64,000 nt of DNA. Origin: Paramoeba atlantica. Its lineage: Eukaryota; Protista; Discosea. Shown here piece by piece: positions 1 through 10,426 of this stretch (position 1 is its first letter; the number at the start of each line of letters is the position of its first letter). The notes beneath the pieces were generated by a model. It saw only the letters and a list, made by a program, of their open reading frames with translations, searched no databases and was not told where the DNA came from. The translations under genes and the position numbers were made by a program. The stretch is from NCBI GenBank assembly GCA_977017575.1, contig CDRNVI010000029.1:868001-932000 (forward strand). The letters are read 5' to 3'.

Positions 1-358
1 ACATCCCTTCGGGAATCTGTGCACATTCAGGGAGAGACCACCGGATGACGCCTTTTCGTTTTAGGTAATGCATCGCGGCTAATATTTTTTCGCGTCGAAT
101 CCGGTCATCCAAGTCAAGAGACTTTTGTGCACTTGCCACAGAGAACGAATGCAACGTCATTCTTTTCCACATGTCCTTCGGCACCCAGCGCCGGGAATAG
201 GAAATGAGACACTCAAGGAACATTTGAAGACACATGTGATCCTTCTTTCCCACGTGTTCTCCCCACGCGTTGTACGGCTCTTTGCACAAACTACACCAAT
301 TTGGCGTCATATTCCACTGTCGGCACTTAGCATCTAAGAATTTTGTTGCACGTTTCAT
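1..358 (-). CDS. KREPB/KREN-family editosome protein, N-terminal part (U1-like zinc finger); runs off the window end
   Basis: Not in the ORF track. Manual translation from ATG at 358 is open to base 1: MKRATKFLDAKCRQWNMTPNWCSLCKEPYNAWGEHVGKKDHMCLQMFLECLISYSRRW...DDRIRREKILAAMHYLKRKGVI. The C-x2-C...H...H finger followed by RRW is typical of KREPB4-10/KREN proteins. The paralogue cannot be determined. Confidence 0.75.
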   Translation of the reverse strand, partial: MKRATKFLDAKCRQWNMTPNWCSLCKEPYNAWGEHVGKKDHMCLQMFLECLISYSRRWVPKDMWKRMTLHSFSVASAQKSLDLDDRIRREKILAAMHYLKRKGVIRWSLPECAQIPEGM

Positions 359-594
359 GAAAAGCAATGTGGAATGTTCGAATACAGTCGTAATATAGGC
401 AGAGTGTGGAATAGCTTTGATTCAAGATAATTAATTAATAATTCAAGATAAGAAATTACTTTAAAGGAAACATATTTTTTTTAAACATAAACATAGTGCT
501 ACTTCGAATTGAAAGGGAAATAGGCAATAGGACTCCTTCAGACACGTGATACACGTTCACTGGGGGGAAAGCAAATAAATCCCTGTGATTCGTT

Positions 595-2922
595 TTACGT
601 GTTGTTGTTTGCCTCTACTTGTGCAGAACCTTCTGAAATATTGCCCGGAGAGGAAGATAACGGCGTGTCCATTGTATTTGCAACTTTCGTGTTATCGGTT
701 AGTCGTCCTTTCGAGGTCGGAGTGGCCCAAATATCAAGTCTTCCTTCTAGTGGCAGAATGCTCCCTGGGGCAAACGTTTTCTCGCTTTCATTCGCCTCGT
801 GATGTGTAGGTTGGGAACCAGGGGTACTCATAGGAGAACACAACGAAGTCGGTCGAGGAGCGGAAACGTCCTTTGGAGTGAAGAAGGACGTAGTTGGTGT
901 GGCAATCAAATGTTTCGGTGTAACAGGAGCCTCTGATCCCAGGACAGAAGTCGGTGCTAGGCTTGGGATCGGAGAGACATCATCGGCGAGTAGGATCGCG
1001 TTTGGGGTACCCGGACCAGATCCCTGAGAGAACAAATCGCGTTGGGGGGTGTACGCGGGAGAAGTCTGACTAAGCGGCGTTTGACTGAGACGTGCCTTTT
1101 CCGATTCCTGCGAAGGAATGGAAAGCTTCGGCTGTGAAGCGGAAAATTGGGTTTGCGATGGTGATACAGCTTTGTCCGCCTTGTCCTTGTTCTTTCTCCT
1201 GGCGGTGAGTACGTTCGGTTTGTTTGTCGGTTGCACCGCTCGACCCTGGAGAAAGGAGGCATTGTTTTCTCGCAACGATTGACGCAGACTCTCTAAACGA
1301 TCAAGATAAATACGAATGAGAGGAGAAATAACTTTGTTATCGGTATCATTTTCGAGCGTCTCATTTCGTGACGCATCGATCGGCCGAAATATTGAATGAA
1401 GCGTAGCAAGAGTCACAGTTCCATCTTCGGAGCTTATGGCGATGCGTAGTCCATCTGAGCACCATGAAAGTCCGGATATCGGTGCGGGGTGCATATTCGA
1501 GAATTGGACTCTCGGATAACCTCTGTTCGTTGAAAAAATAGTAACCGTTTCAGACGTGAATAGGGCAATAGCCATCATGTATTCTGCAGGACCCCAGATA
1601 TTCTCATTTTTCATAATTTCGCTTGAGGTGGGACCCTCGTCTATGGCTTCGGAGACCGAAGAACCTTCACCAAGATTGTCTTTCGGAAGAGCACTGCTTG
1701 ATTTGTCTTCGTCCCCCTGATAAAGTATAGGAGAAAATATGGAGCCTATGACAGATACAGAAGACTTTATCCTCAGAGCTTTATACGGACGGTGGAAAGC
1801 ATGACGAAGGAAAACGTAGGCGCATTGTTGATATTCGGTCCTACTGGACGTGGGCCTGATCTCCATATTTTCTGCCTCAGAAGGATCAGGATCTTGTTCC
1901 TTGGGTTTCCCAGGAGCGTGATCCGAGTTTTGATTCCTCTGAGGATCTTTCGTGGGATCGTAAAACCCACAAGGTATAGCCATCATACCCCCATCAGGAG
2001 AGAAAGAGCCATGACGGTAGTACGGTGAGGCATCATAAGCGCGAAATAAGAACCCTCCCTGCTCTCCATGAGTTATGTTGTCATGCACAGAGAAGGCTTG
2101 GGCACGTCCAGGTCGGGTCTCACGGCGGTTGTAAATAATTACCGCCTTGCGGTCGGCCCCAATCGAGACAGCGTATGTTCCCCAAGGATCCCAAAACACA
2201 CCTTGGACTGATGCACTGTGAGAACTCTCCATTCGGATACGAGCATATCCGTCGAGGATATCGTGTATAACCACCAACCCCTCCTGTGAGGCGCTGAGCA
2301 AAAACCTCCCATCGTGAGAAAAACTCAGAGCATACACTTCGCGATCTCCAAACACGCGAAGAATTTTTACTGCAGACCAGTTCTCCACATTATACTCATA
2401 GGCACTGTCAAAGAGGCTGGTTCGCGCTCGTGCCGCAGGGGTGACTTCGGATTCTTCCTCTTGTGACGGAAACTCCTTGATCGGGGAGGGCCCGGAAAAG
2501 TTGCCCTCGTTTGCTTCCATCAGTTGGGTGAGACGGCCCGCTGTGGAATCTTGTGTGGCAGCGTTCTCCGCATCGGATCCTGCCTGCTGCCACATGACAA
2601 CTTCCCCACTGTTGTATCCGGCTCCTATTAACCGGCCCTGTGGACTCCATCGCGCTACGTTACATGGGGAGCGCTCCGCAAGGTACATGGTGGTGAGATG
2701 GGAAATAGACTCCGCGAGAGGAGATTGGAGGTTGTAACTCCAGATCTTAATGGCACCGTCGAAGCCGGAGGTTAGAAGTTTCATCTCGTTAGGGTGCCAG
2801 TGGACGCTGAGCACCGCACCAGGCTTGTCCGCGTCTTTTCCGCTCAGAAGTCCCGAGGCACCACTGTCAATATCGTGTGGGAAGTGCCAACGTAGCTCCA
2901 GGGTCTTTACGGAGTCAGTCAT
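595..2922 (-). CDS. CHAF1B: Chromatin assembly factor 1 subunit B (p60/Cac2), WD40
   Basis: 775 aa. Ordered CAF-1B motifs: LELRWH, LLTSGFDGAIKIW, NVARWSP, NWSAVKIL, VQGVFWDPWG, RHGSFSPDGG, EYMMAIA, SNMHPAPISGLSWCSDG. Low-complexity S/P/T tail. Confidence 0.85.
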   Translation of the reverse strand: MTDSVKTLELRWHFPHDIDSGASGLLSGKDADKPGAVLSVHWHPNEMKLLTSGFDGAIKIWSYNLQSPLAESISHLTTMYLAERSPCNVARWSPQGRLIGAGYNSGEVVMWQQAGSDAENAATQDSTAGRLTQLMEANEGNFSGPSPIKEFPSQEEESEVTPAARARTSLFDSAYEYNVENWSAVKILRVFGDREVYALSFSHDGRFLLSASQEGLVVIHDILDGYARIRMESSHSASVQGVFWDPWGTYAVSIGADRKAVIIYNRRETRPGRAQAFSVHDNITHGEQGGFLFRAYDASPYYRHGSFSPDGGMMAIPCGFYDPTKDPQRNQNSDHAPGKPKEQDPDPSEAENMEIRPTSSRTEYQQCAYVFLRHAFHRPYKALRIKSSVSVIGSIFSPILYQGDEDKSSSALPKDNLGEGSSVSEAIDEGPTSSEIMKNENIWGPAEYMMAIALFTSETVTIFSTNRGYPRVQFSNMHPAPISGLSWCSDGLRIAISSEDGTVTLATLHSIFRPIDASRNETLENDTDNKVISPLIRIYLDRLESLRQSLRENNASFLQGRAVQPTNKPNVLTARRKNKDKADKAVSPSQTQFSASQPKLSIPSQESEKARLSQTPLSQTSPAYTPQRDLFSQGSGPGTPNAILLADDVSPIPSLAPTSVLGSEAPVTPKHLIATPTTSFFTPKDVSAPRPTSLCSPMSTPGSQPTHHEANESEKTFAPGSILPLEGRLDIWATPTSKGRLTDNTKVANTMDTPLSSSPGNISEGSAQVEANNNT

Positions 2923-3149
2923 GAAACAGTGTAGGAGGTACGAAAACCTATTTCACAAATCACTGCATCTCGTACAATAATATCAAAAAATGTTATCTTC
3001 TATTCCTTCATAACTAGAAAGCAAAGCTACACAGTTATTGTCAGTATGGTTTTTTGTCAGTATGGTAAAACCATAAGGCCAGTATCGTTTCTTGTTCACA
3101 GTTCGAATTCAGGTAACACCCCTTGACACCTCAAGAAGAATCCTACTGA

Positions 3150-4769
3150 TCAAAAGGTCAGTGTAGATCGGTCCACACTTCTGTCATGATCAGATAAAAC
3201 GAAGGCATCAGACCTATTCGGAAAACCCTTTTGAGAAGTATGCTGATTGTCAAAAGAAAAATCGACGCTATTTAATACGGAACAACTACCGTCTAGGGAG
3301 ACAATGATTAATTTTTCTCCACCCGTACTCCAGCATACATCGCTGATGGAGCTGGTATGTATGTTCTCCACAAAAAACATGGGAATCGTGGAATTCGACG
3401 AAAATATGGCCACGGATTGGCAAGTATAGACGGCAATGAGAAGTTCGAAACGTTTTGACCCCCAAGCTCGCGAACTGCCTTGTGAAGAAACCGAAGAGCA
3501 ATTGAGAGGTGCAAAAGCGCTCCCGATCACCACGGCATGCCCTGGTAAACACAAACATGCGTGAAAGTTGAGGCTACTACTGACGTCGCTTTCGGGGATA
3601 ACTCGTCCCTTTTGAAAGATTACACAGCATTCTGCGTTAGATTTACTTTCGTTTGCTGGTTTGACACCTGCTAATGACATCAAATAGCCCCCGGGCAAGG
3701 CAAGAAACTCTCCAGTGGAAGAGAACGACATTGAGCGAGTAGGATAGAAATCATTTTCTCTATCCATTCTAAAATTGAAAGAAATTTTATCTCCATGGTC
3801 CCACAATAGCTGTTCACGACCCGAGAAAACAGGAGGATGGAGTGACGTTGCTTGTACACTAACACCGAGTGGTGCATATGCCAAAATTAAGTGACTAAGT
3901 GAAAATGCCCCAGAACCAAAGCAGCCCACTATTATGACAGATGAATCCGGGAAAGTGTTTTCTCGTTCCCCAGATTGATTATCAAAATTTTCCTTTGTGT
4001 GAGCTCTAGAGAGTAAATCCGGGACAAAATTATTGTAAACATGCATGCGGATGCCGCGCAATACTCCTCCGGACTCAGGACTAGTGAGAACCATAAGAAG
4101 AGCGTAAGATCCCATGCCTTCCTTTTCTAAGTAGCGTCTATGAAGCTTCATAACACCCGAATTCGCATCCGATGAAACCACTCTTACTTCGTGGGAACCC
4201 CAGAGATAAATCGACCCGGTATATAGCCCGCATGCGAGAAGAGAAGCGTCGGAAGAGAAATCAAGAAACGTAACCATATCATGATGCGGAAGCGCACTCT
4301 CACCTTTTCCGACCAAATATCGCTTCGAAAGTGACGAAGACTCTAAACTCCACAGTTGGACTAATCCACTACTTAATGCAAGCGCCAGCAACCCAGTACT
4401 TGGAACAGCTCGAACCAATGTACAGTAGTGTGAAATACCCTTGCCTGAATCTGCTGTTGTCATGCCAAAGGCGTCGGGGGGACAGCCATAAAGTGATATC
4501 CCATTTTCCTGGTGATAACACAAGGGATCAATTTGCCCAACCATCGCGAGCTGATCGGTCTCGGGGCCTAATAGCCATAGTTTCACGGTGCCATCAACTC
4601 CAGCCGTCGCAACGAGGCTGTAGTCAGCGGGACCAAACGGAGCGGGGATCGCACAAACAGAGAGGATACGACATGGCTGGGCGGCTGTGTGTGGTCTTCG
4701 CGTTCCCTCCTCGTTATCGTTGTAACGATCAATAGGGCGATGGCACGCAGGGTGTAACGTCACTGCCAT
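3150..4769 (-). CDS. Divergent WD40 protein, CAF-1B/HIRA-like paralogue
   Basis: Long open frame (track start 4853 is TTG; first ATG 4769). VATAGVDGTVKLW, RSMSFSSTGEFLALPGG and ENIHTSSISDVCWSTGGEKLIIVSLDGSC parallel the motifs of the adjacent gene. Confidence 0.7.
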   Translation of the reverse strand: MAVTLHPACHRPIDRYNDNEEGTRRPHTAAQPCRILSVCAIPAPFGPADYSLVATAGVDGTVKLWLLGPETDQLAMVGQIDPLCYHQENGISLYGCPPDAFGMTTADSGKGISHYCTLVRAVPSTGLLALALSSGLVQLWSLESSSLSKRYLVGKGESALPHHDMVTFLDFSSDASLLACGLYTGSIYLWGSHEVRVVSSDANSGVMKLHRRYLEKEGMGSYALLMVLTSPESGGVLRGIRMHVYNNFVPDLLSRAHTKENFDNQSGERENTFPDSSVIIVGCFGSGAFSLSHLILAYAPLGVSVQATSLHPPVFSGREQLLWDHGDKISFNFRMDRENDFYPTRSMSFSSTGEFLALPGGYLMSLAGVKPANESKSNAECCVIFQKGRVIPESDVSSSLNFHACLCLPGHAVVIGSAFAPLNCSSVSSQGSSRAWGSKRFELLIAVYTCQSVAIFSSNSTIPMFFVENIHTSSISDVCWSTGGEKLIIVSLDGSCSVLNSVDFSFDNQHTSQKGFPNRSDAFVLSDHDRSVDRSTLTF

Positions 4770-4872
4770 TAAACTAACGAAGAGAGTACCATAGCGAAGA
4801 TAAAGGTCTACTTGTGCGGTATGGGCAATAAAAAGCAAGATAAATAAACGCAAGAAAACTTGTTCTATCGTG

Positions 4873-4916
4873 ACTTAAGAGGTACATAACTTAAGAGGTA
4901 CATAACTTAAGAGGTA
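4873..4916. repeat. 16-bp tandem repeat (ACTTAAGAGGTACATA x2.75) in an intergenic spacer
   Basis: Read directly from the sequence. Confidence 0.9.
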
Positions 4917-5014
4917 GTAAGTTAAGTTTAAGTTCTAACGTGACTAAAGAGGACCAAAGGAAGAGATTTAAAGCATTGAATTTCAACCTTTTGAGACAAG
5001 AACTTGGTAGTATA

Positions 5015-6667
5015 TCAAGATTTCTGTATAGTAGGATGTTTTACTGCCACAATTCTCGGGTACCGATTTTCTTTGTGGGCAGAAAAAAGAAGTTTAAGTC
5101 GAGAGAAACATAGTTCATCCTTGACGAAAAAACAGTATCGTTCGACTACTGTGCGTAAGGGAAGAGCAAAACGGTACCCCCGCCGGTGAATCGCATGAGA
5201 TAGAATATCCAACATTATTTGTTGTGGGGCAGTGGAGTGCGTGGAGGCAACCTTTTTTAAGTTTTGTGCTGAAATAGGGCGAACCAGACAGGACCCTCTC
5301 GGCAGTGAGTGTAAAGCATACAACGCGCGAAGAGTGGGAGTATGCTCCAAATGAATTCCAAGATACAGTTTGTTTTTTCTTTTTGTGTTTTCCATACTTT
5401 CATTTACTATGGAACTCACTGTCTTTTGTTTCCTTATGTTCTCGGCGGAATCAAAAAAATTAAGTGCACGTAGTGCTTCCCACCAGCGCACAGGTCCACT
5501 GTTAGTATTACAGTGATCTGGGTGATGAAATATGTGTAAGAGCGAGCTCAAAACTACGCTGCTTGTACAGCGAAGCTTTTCCATTGTGTTCTCTTTGGTG
5601 TTTGATGTTATCATTGTTTCAGCGGCGCTACCAATCAATTCGTAGATATGCTCCTGCACAGTTCGACATGCCATCTTCCACGTCATGTGCGACTCGCATA
5701 CATGGGCTGCTTCCGAAAGCATTCCAACTTTCGTATTTGATTCAGGAAATGACGAGCTCCTTTGAACCATGAGATGTATATATTGTAAGTATCGATAGGA
5801 CCCTCCTTCGCGATGAGCCACTTCATGCAAAAAAGGTTTGAAGTTTGTCTGTGCCCAAAGAGTGTATAGCTCTTGAATGCGCCCCTTCTCATAAAGGACA
5901 TGAAGAATCGAGGGAAAAAGTGAGATTAAGAGAGGTGATGACAATACCCTTGGTGGAGAAGAAAGATGTGCATTTCCACGCCCCGTCGATTCGCACACCT
6001 GTTGCATCCACAAGACGGTTTGACGCGTCAATGATGGCTCTACGTCGTTGACTTCTGATTCTGGAGCTGTGTGTAAAACAGCACATTCCGGACTTCGTAT
6101 CACAGTGCGAAGGGCTCGATCCCACATAAGAGCATGTGAAAAACACATTGCAGTGCAGTCCCAATATTCTTGATCAGTAAAAGAACTAGAAAGATGGTTC
6201 ATCGCTTCCTTCCAAAGGTCACTGTAACACAGTGCACGGATGTATTCGGTGGTGTGCTCGACTTCAATAGGAATGTGAAAAGAGTTGGGAAGCAAATCTG
6301 AGGATGAATCCTGCTTTAATCGGGATGCTTTCCTTCTCTTACTGTGAAAAACCTGCTTCTGTGCATGAAACAAATTGCATCTGCGCACTATATCGTAGAG
6401 AACAATTGCACGAGACCACGATAAACCTTGAAGGGCATCCAAAAGAATATCGGGACGAGCAGCAAAAAGTGGTAAGGAACCTTCAACAGTCTGCCGTAAG
6501 GAATTCTCTGATACTCGAGAAAGGTGTGACAAAAAAATCGGCAAATTAATCTGCGCTGCCCTTGGCTTCGAGTTTGATAAAGTCGTTTCGGCGCAAGGAA
6601 GTGTAGGCCGTATTGGTAAATCATCTTCTATGATCTTTTGATATGTACATTCTTCTACGTCGTTCAT
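5015..6667 (-). CDS. Hypothetical helical-repeat protein (W-x-x-A-L type, PPR-like)
   Basis: 550-aa ORF on the cluster strand. Recurring LSWSRAI, LWKEAM, LMWDRAL, WWEALRAL. Confidence 0.7.
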   Translation of the reverse strand: MNDVEECTYQKIIEDDLPIRPTLPCAETTLSNSKPRAAQINLPIFLSHLSRVSENSLRQTVEGSLPLFAARPDILLDALQGLSWSRAIVLYDIVRRCNLFHAQKQVFHSKRRKASRLKQDSSSDLLPNSFHIPIEVEHTTEYIRALCYSDLWKEAMNHLSSSFTDQEYWDCTAMCFSHALMWDRALRTVIRSPECAVLHTAPESEVNDVEPSLTRQTVLWMQQVCESTGRGNAHLSSPPRVLSSPLLISLFPSILHVLYEKGRIQELYTLWAQTNFKPFLHEVAHREGGSYRYLQYIHLMVQRSSSFPESNTKVGMLSEAAHVCESHMTWKMACRTVQEHIYELIGSAAETMITSNTKENTMEKLRCTSSVVLSSLLHIFHHPDHCNTNSGPVRWWEALRALNFFDSAENIRKQKTVSSIVNESMENTKRKNKLYLGIHLEHTPTLRALYALHSLPRGSCLVRPISAQNLKKVASTHSTAPQQIMLDILSHAIHRRGYRFALPLRTVVERYCFFVKDELCFSRLKLLFSAHKENRYPRIVAVKHPTIQKS

Positions 6668-6985
6668 TATTTATTCGCCCTTACAAAATTCTTGACGACT
6701 TTACGTTGTCCTACGCAGCAGCCTTGGAACGAAAGAGGAGCGGAATCAATCCGTCAGAGAAAATATTTTTAGAATCGAGATCAGCATCCGATTTCAGAGA
6801 AATATAACAAAAAATCAATAATAGTGAACTTGAAGTTATTAACTTTGCTTTTCGTATCTTGAATTATTATCTCATTTTTTTATTCCCCCGACGCAGATTA
6901 CCTGAAACCGCTAGGCCACCACCTTGGACAATTTCCATACATATATGCCCACTTCTTTAACTAGAAAATACGTGTCTGAATGTGT

Positions 6986-7459
6986 TCAAAATTGTGCTAT
7001 CATATCCCAAATCTTTTCTATCCGGCGATACACTGTGGAACGATCTGCACATGTATAGCATATAGGAGGAAAGGCCTTCGTGATATGTATTCCTTCGGCC
7101 CGGTTTTGGGAAATAACTCCTCTCAAATCCGCCTCGGCTTTTTTCATTTCAGCAGAGACAACGTGTGCCGTCGGTCCGGGCCATAATTCAGCGCAACACA
7201 CAGCAATATTGTCTGCTTCTTCACGATCCTTTGCCGATACAAAAATGACACCTAACGTTGGTTCCGATAGACTCCTTATCCCTCTTTCGCAGGGAAGAGC
7301 TTTCGCGAGTCCTTCACGAATAGCTTCTACCGCAATGTCATTTCTTAAAATACGTACACACCATGTTGTGGTTTCGGGAGACTGTCCTGCTGGCCACGAA
7401 GGAAACTTACGCAAGTGTTCCTTTAATGACTCGTCCTGCTCAGTGCTGCTGCTTGTCAT
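6986..7459 (-). CDS. Hypothetical protein
   Basis: Open frame on the cluster strand filling the gap between two genes (track start 7507 is GTG; first ATG 7459). No recognised motif. Confidence 0.55.
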   Translation of the reverse strand: MTSSSTEQDESLKEHLRKFPSWPAGQSPETTTWCVRILRNDIAVEAIREGLAKALPCERGIRSLSEPTLGVIFVSAKDREEADNIAVCCAELWPGPTAHVVSAEMKKAEADLRGVISQNRAEGIHITKAFPPICYTCADRSTVYRRIEKIWDMIAQF

Positions 7460-7664
7460 TGAGGGTGTTGTCGTTGAGAGTGTTGCTTGTGAAAAAGAAT
7501 GTAACACGCTAAAAAATTAGAGTCATAAGAATCACCTAAAGTACCTATCTAAAGAAAATCTCGTAGAAAATCTCGTAAGTGAGGATACTGTAGTGTACAA
7601 ATGTATAATATCTTGCGGAATAGCGCCTTGGAAAGGAAAGAAATCCTTCCTAAATACGTCTGTC

Positions 7665-9326
7665 TTAATTATATCCGGAAGGATCCGTTACACTGAATTC
7701 GTAAACGTGTATATCTCCTTCTCCGGTAGAAACAGCGAATACGTCAAGCTCGACGCCCGCAAAAGCAAAATCTCTTAAATGGGTGACATCGGTAGTTGCT
7801 TTCACAAGAGAATCCTTACTTGAGGGCGCATATGATTCAGCCTGGCATGTTTCAGTACAAGAGTTTTCAGGAAGCGCAAGCCGATCCTGCCTTCGTGCCG
7901 TCCGTTGAATCCATTTGGGACACGATAAGGTTCCGAATCGTACACAGCACAGTTTCGAGCCCCCTGTCCCACCCGATATCAAACTGCGGCATGGCAGGTG
8001 AACCTTATGGACTACTTGGGCATTGTTGACGACATCAATCACGCGGTATGCGGAGTCCCATCCAAGAGCAATCAGATATTTTCCGTCCGGCCGGAAGGCT
8101 ACAGATCCAATGCCTATGGGCTTACTATATGTACTGCCTTCAGGATCGAGATCTTCCGATTCACTCGAATCGATTGCTGATACGGGAAGCGGCACTTGTG
8201 GATCCTGGGGTGTCGTGTGAGAGGAAGTTTGGCGCCGGGCACAATACAAGCCGAGTCCACCCTTCCCATCATCACAAAAAATTACAATCGCCCCATCTGC
8301 AGTTCCTACGGCCGCTAGATGAACAGGTTTTATTGCTTGTTTAGCCCCAACTTCATGGTGCGCACCGCGGATAGGAACACCTAGACAATCCAGACATGTG
8401 ATAGGGTGATGCGAGACATGAACAATCTGCTCCGCGGTAGGTACAGCTACGTGCTTCGCCATCTCTTCAGCGTCTATTATTTCTACAGTTGTACTCCACC
8501 GTACCAAATGCCCACTTTCGTAGCCAACTAAAAGAGAAATACACGAATTGTCACACGAATCAGCATTCAAAGAAGAGTTATCCGATTCCCTCCAGCATTC
8601 TGCAAAGCACATCAATGTACCAGTTTTGATCACCTGTGATTTATGACGAACTGCTGCGGGAAGTATCGGTCGCGGGCCATGGAGGGAAAAATTGGAAGGT
8701 TCCAAGTCTTCTTGATCATGTTTTCCGGACTCGGACTTCCCTGCATTGTCTGCAGCTCTAGTTTGCTCACCCGTCATTCTAGGCTCCCCGCACTGATACG
8801 TGTATAATTCCAGTGTCGAGGCACTTGTCGGAAGTATTAAAGAAATATTTACACGATACAAGGCAACGACGTTACAGTACGAATACGCCGTATATGGAAT
8901 ACTGCGGATTGGTACGAAACTATACAGGAGCGACTCAGTGCTCGTGTTTCGTTCGAAAGAGTGTAAGATGATGCGATTGTCCCTGGTTTGCACAATACAT
9001 CCCGAATTGTATTCAAGTGACGTTGGATCAACAATTCCACGTTTATTTGGGAACGGAGAAGGTTCCTTTACACGTGCTACCCATTCAGCACTAAGCAGGT
9101 TTACACAATGGTTTACACAATGGCTCTCTTTGGAAGCAAAATCACTATCTGAATTAATAGCTATGAAAGCAATTGGTCTCCGTAATTTGAGATCCCAGAT
9201 AAAAACTTCACCCAATGTAGACGTACTTAGAAGTAACGTTTCCTGTTTTATACGTGGGGCACGAAAACGAACAGATGTAACATACCCGCGGTGTCCCCGT
9301 AGGGTGCACATAGGTGGAACATGCAT
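7665..9326 (-). CDS. WD40 protein, GNB1L/Asa1-like
   Basis: 553 aa. N-terminal LRGHRGYVTSVRF...GEVFIWDLKLRRP, LLVGYESG, and C-terminal GIGSVAFRPDGKYLIALGWDSAYRV match the GNB1L/Asa1 pattern. Confidence 0.7.
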   Translation of the reverse strand: MHVPPMCTLRGHRGYVTSVRFRAPRIKQETLLLSTSTLGEVFIWDLKLRRPIAFIAINSDSDFASKESHCVNHCVNLLSAEWVARVKEPSPFPNKRGIVDPTSLEYNSGCIVQTRDNRIILHSFERNTSTESLLYSFVPIRSIPYTAYSYCNVVALYRVNISLILPTSASTLELYTYQCGEPRMTGEQTRAADNAGKSESGKHDQEDLEPSNFSLHGPRPILPAAVRHKSQVIKTGTLMCFAECWRESDNSSLNADSCDNSCISLLVGYESGHLVRWSTTVEIIDAEEMAKHVAVPTAEQIVHVSHHPITCLDCLGVPIRGAHHEVGAKQAIKPVHLAAVGTADGAIVIFCDDGKGGLGLYCARRQTSSHTTPQDPQVPLPVSAIDSSESEDLDPEGSTYSKPIGIGSVAFRPDGKYLIALGWDSAYRVIDVVNNAQVVHKVHLPCRSLISGGTGGSKLCCVRFGTLSCPKWIQRTARRQDRLALPENSCTETCQAESYAPSSKDSLVKATTDVTHLRDFAFAGVELDVFAVSTGEGDIHVYEFSVTDPSGYN

Positions 9327-9712
9327 TTAAGGGGAATTTCATTACTTTGTATTATCGTATACACGGGGAAGAGTGCAAAAAGAATTCTATTACCAAGTCC
9401 TCGTATTCCAATTCAAGTGGTCAATACAATGCAATTAAGAATGATACCAAATGTATCATAAAAAACAAACATAATGTGTACGTGTACATGCATTTGTACA
9501 TGTAAAATATATCAATACAAACCCGCCGTTAACAGTGTGAATTTGATTTGAATATTGTGATATGATTCGATTATTTGAAGTGCGTGTGTTAAATTCTCGC
9601 TTTGTTGCAGACCTGAAGAATGAAAGAAAAGCAAGAGCGATATATTTTTCGGTCGCTTTCAACCACTTTAGTGCGTAAACATTGAAATCAAGATACAGAT
9701 AATGCTATGCAC

Positions 9713-10426
9713 TCATACTAATTTTCTTGGAAGAATACAGCGCACGTCCTTTGATTTTGCAAGGTCGTTTTCAAGAAACGTTATCAACTTTGACAATGTG
9801 CTATCAGAAACATCTGACTCTGGCGAAATCTCAAGCCTATCTAAATCTAAATTCAAGTTCTGATCGCTCGTTTCAGATGGAACTGTTCTGATTGGGTCAA
9901 AGTCATACGGTTCGATAACAATGCAATTTTCGCAAAAACCCCTATTTTCATCGATAGAGGTTTCAACAAATGTAGTTGCATTCGGGTTATAAAGGTCAAA
10001 ATACTCATTTTTTATAGCGCCAGGATAGTTTCTAAGCGTGGCGTGGTGCCACTTGTGTTTCAAGTCATCAGGGAAAAAAACTTTAGCATCCTTTCGACGC
10101 ATACTGTCAGAAATTGTGTGCTCTCTGTGAAACACAAACTTGAAATTTATTTCTGGAAACAGATGATTAACTTGTGACAAAGTGTTTTTCCTAGTGTTGG
10201 TCGACCAAATCGCGAGATTGTGGGAACCAGAGAGTTGAGTAAGTACTTGCCGTATACCTGGACGTAACCAGATGAGTTGCGTACCAAGAATGTGTGTGGG
10301 AGGAACAATACTGATGTTACGCCCAGGTAAAACGGTTTTCGCGCGCCTTCTTATGTCGGAGACATGAAGACGTTCCAATAGGACGCCTCGAAGTCCAAAA
10401 ATGAGCAGGCCTTTCGAGGCAGACAT
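9713..10426 (-). CDS. NIF/FCP1-like HAD-fold protein, catalytic motif degenerate
   Basis: LLIFGLRGVLL at the DxDxTL position, IWLRPG, LAIWST, FKFVFHREH. Track start 10480 is TTG; first ATG 10426. Confidence 0.65.
   Translation of the reverse strand: MSASKGLLIFGLRGVLLERLHVSDIRRRAKTVLPGRNISIVPPTHILGTQLIWLRPGIRQVLTQLSGSHNLAIWSTNTRKNTLSQVNHLFPEINFKFVFHREHTISDSMRRKDAKVFFPDDLKHKWHHATLRNYPGAIKNEYFDLYNPNATTFVETSIDENRGFCENCIVIEPYDFDPIRTVPSETSDQNLNLDLDRLEISPESDVSDSTLSKLITFLENDLAKSKDVRCILPRKLV

Noticed and set aside
8800-9330. 176-aa plus-strand ORF and similar antisense ORFs throughout
   Set aside because: Antisense shadows of well-supported minus-strand genes; no motifs.
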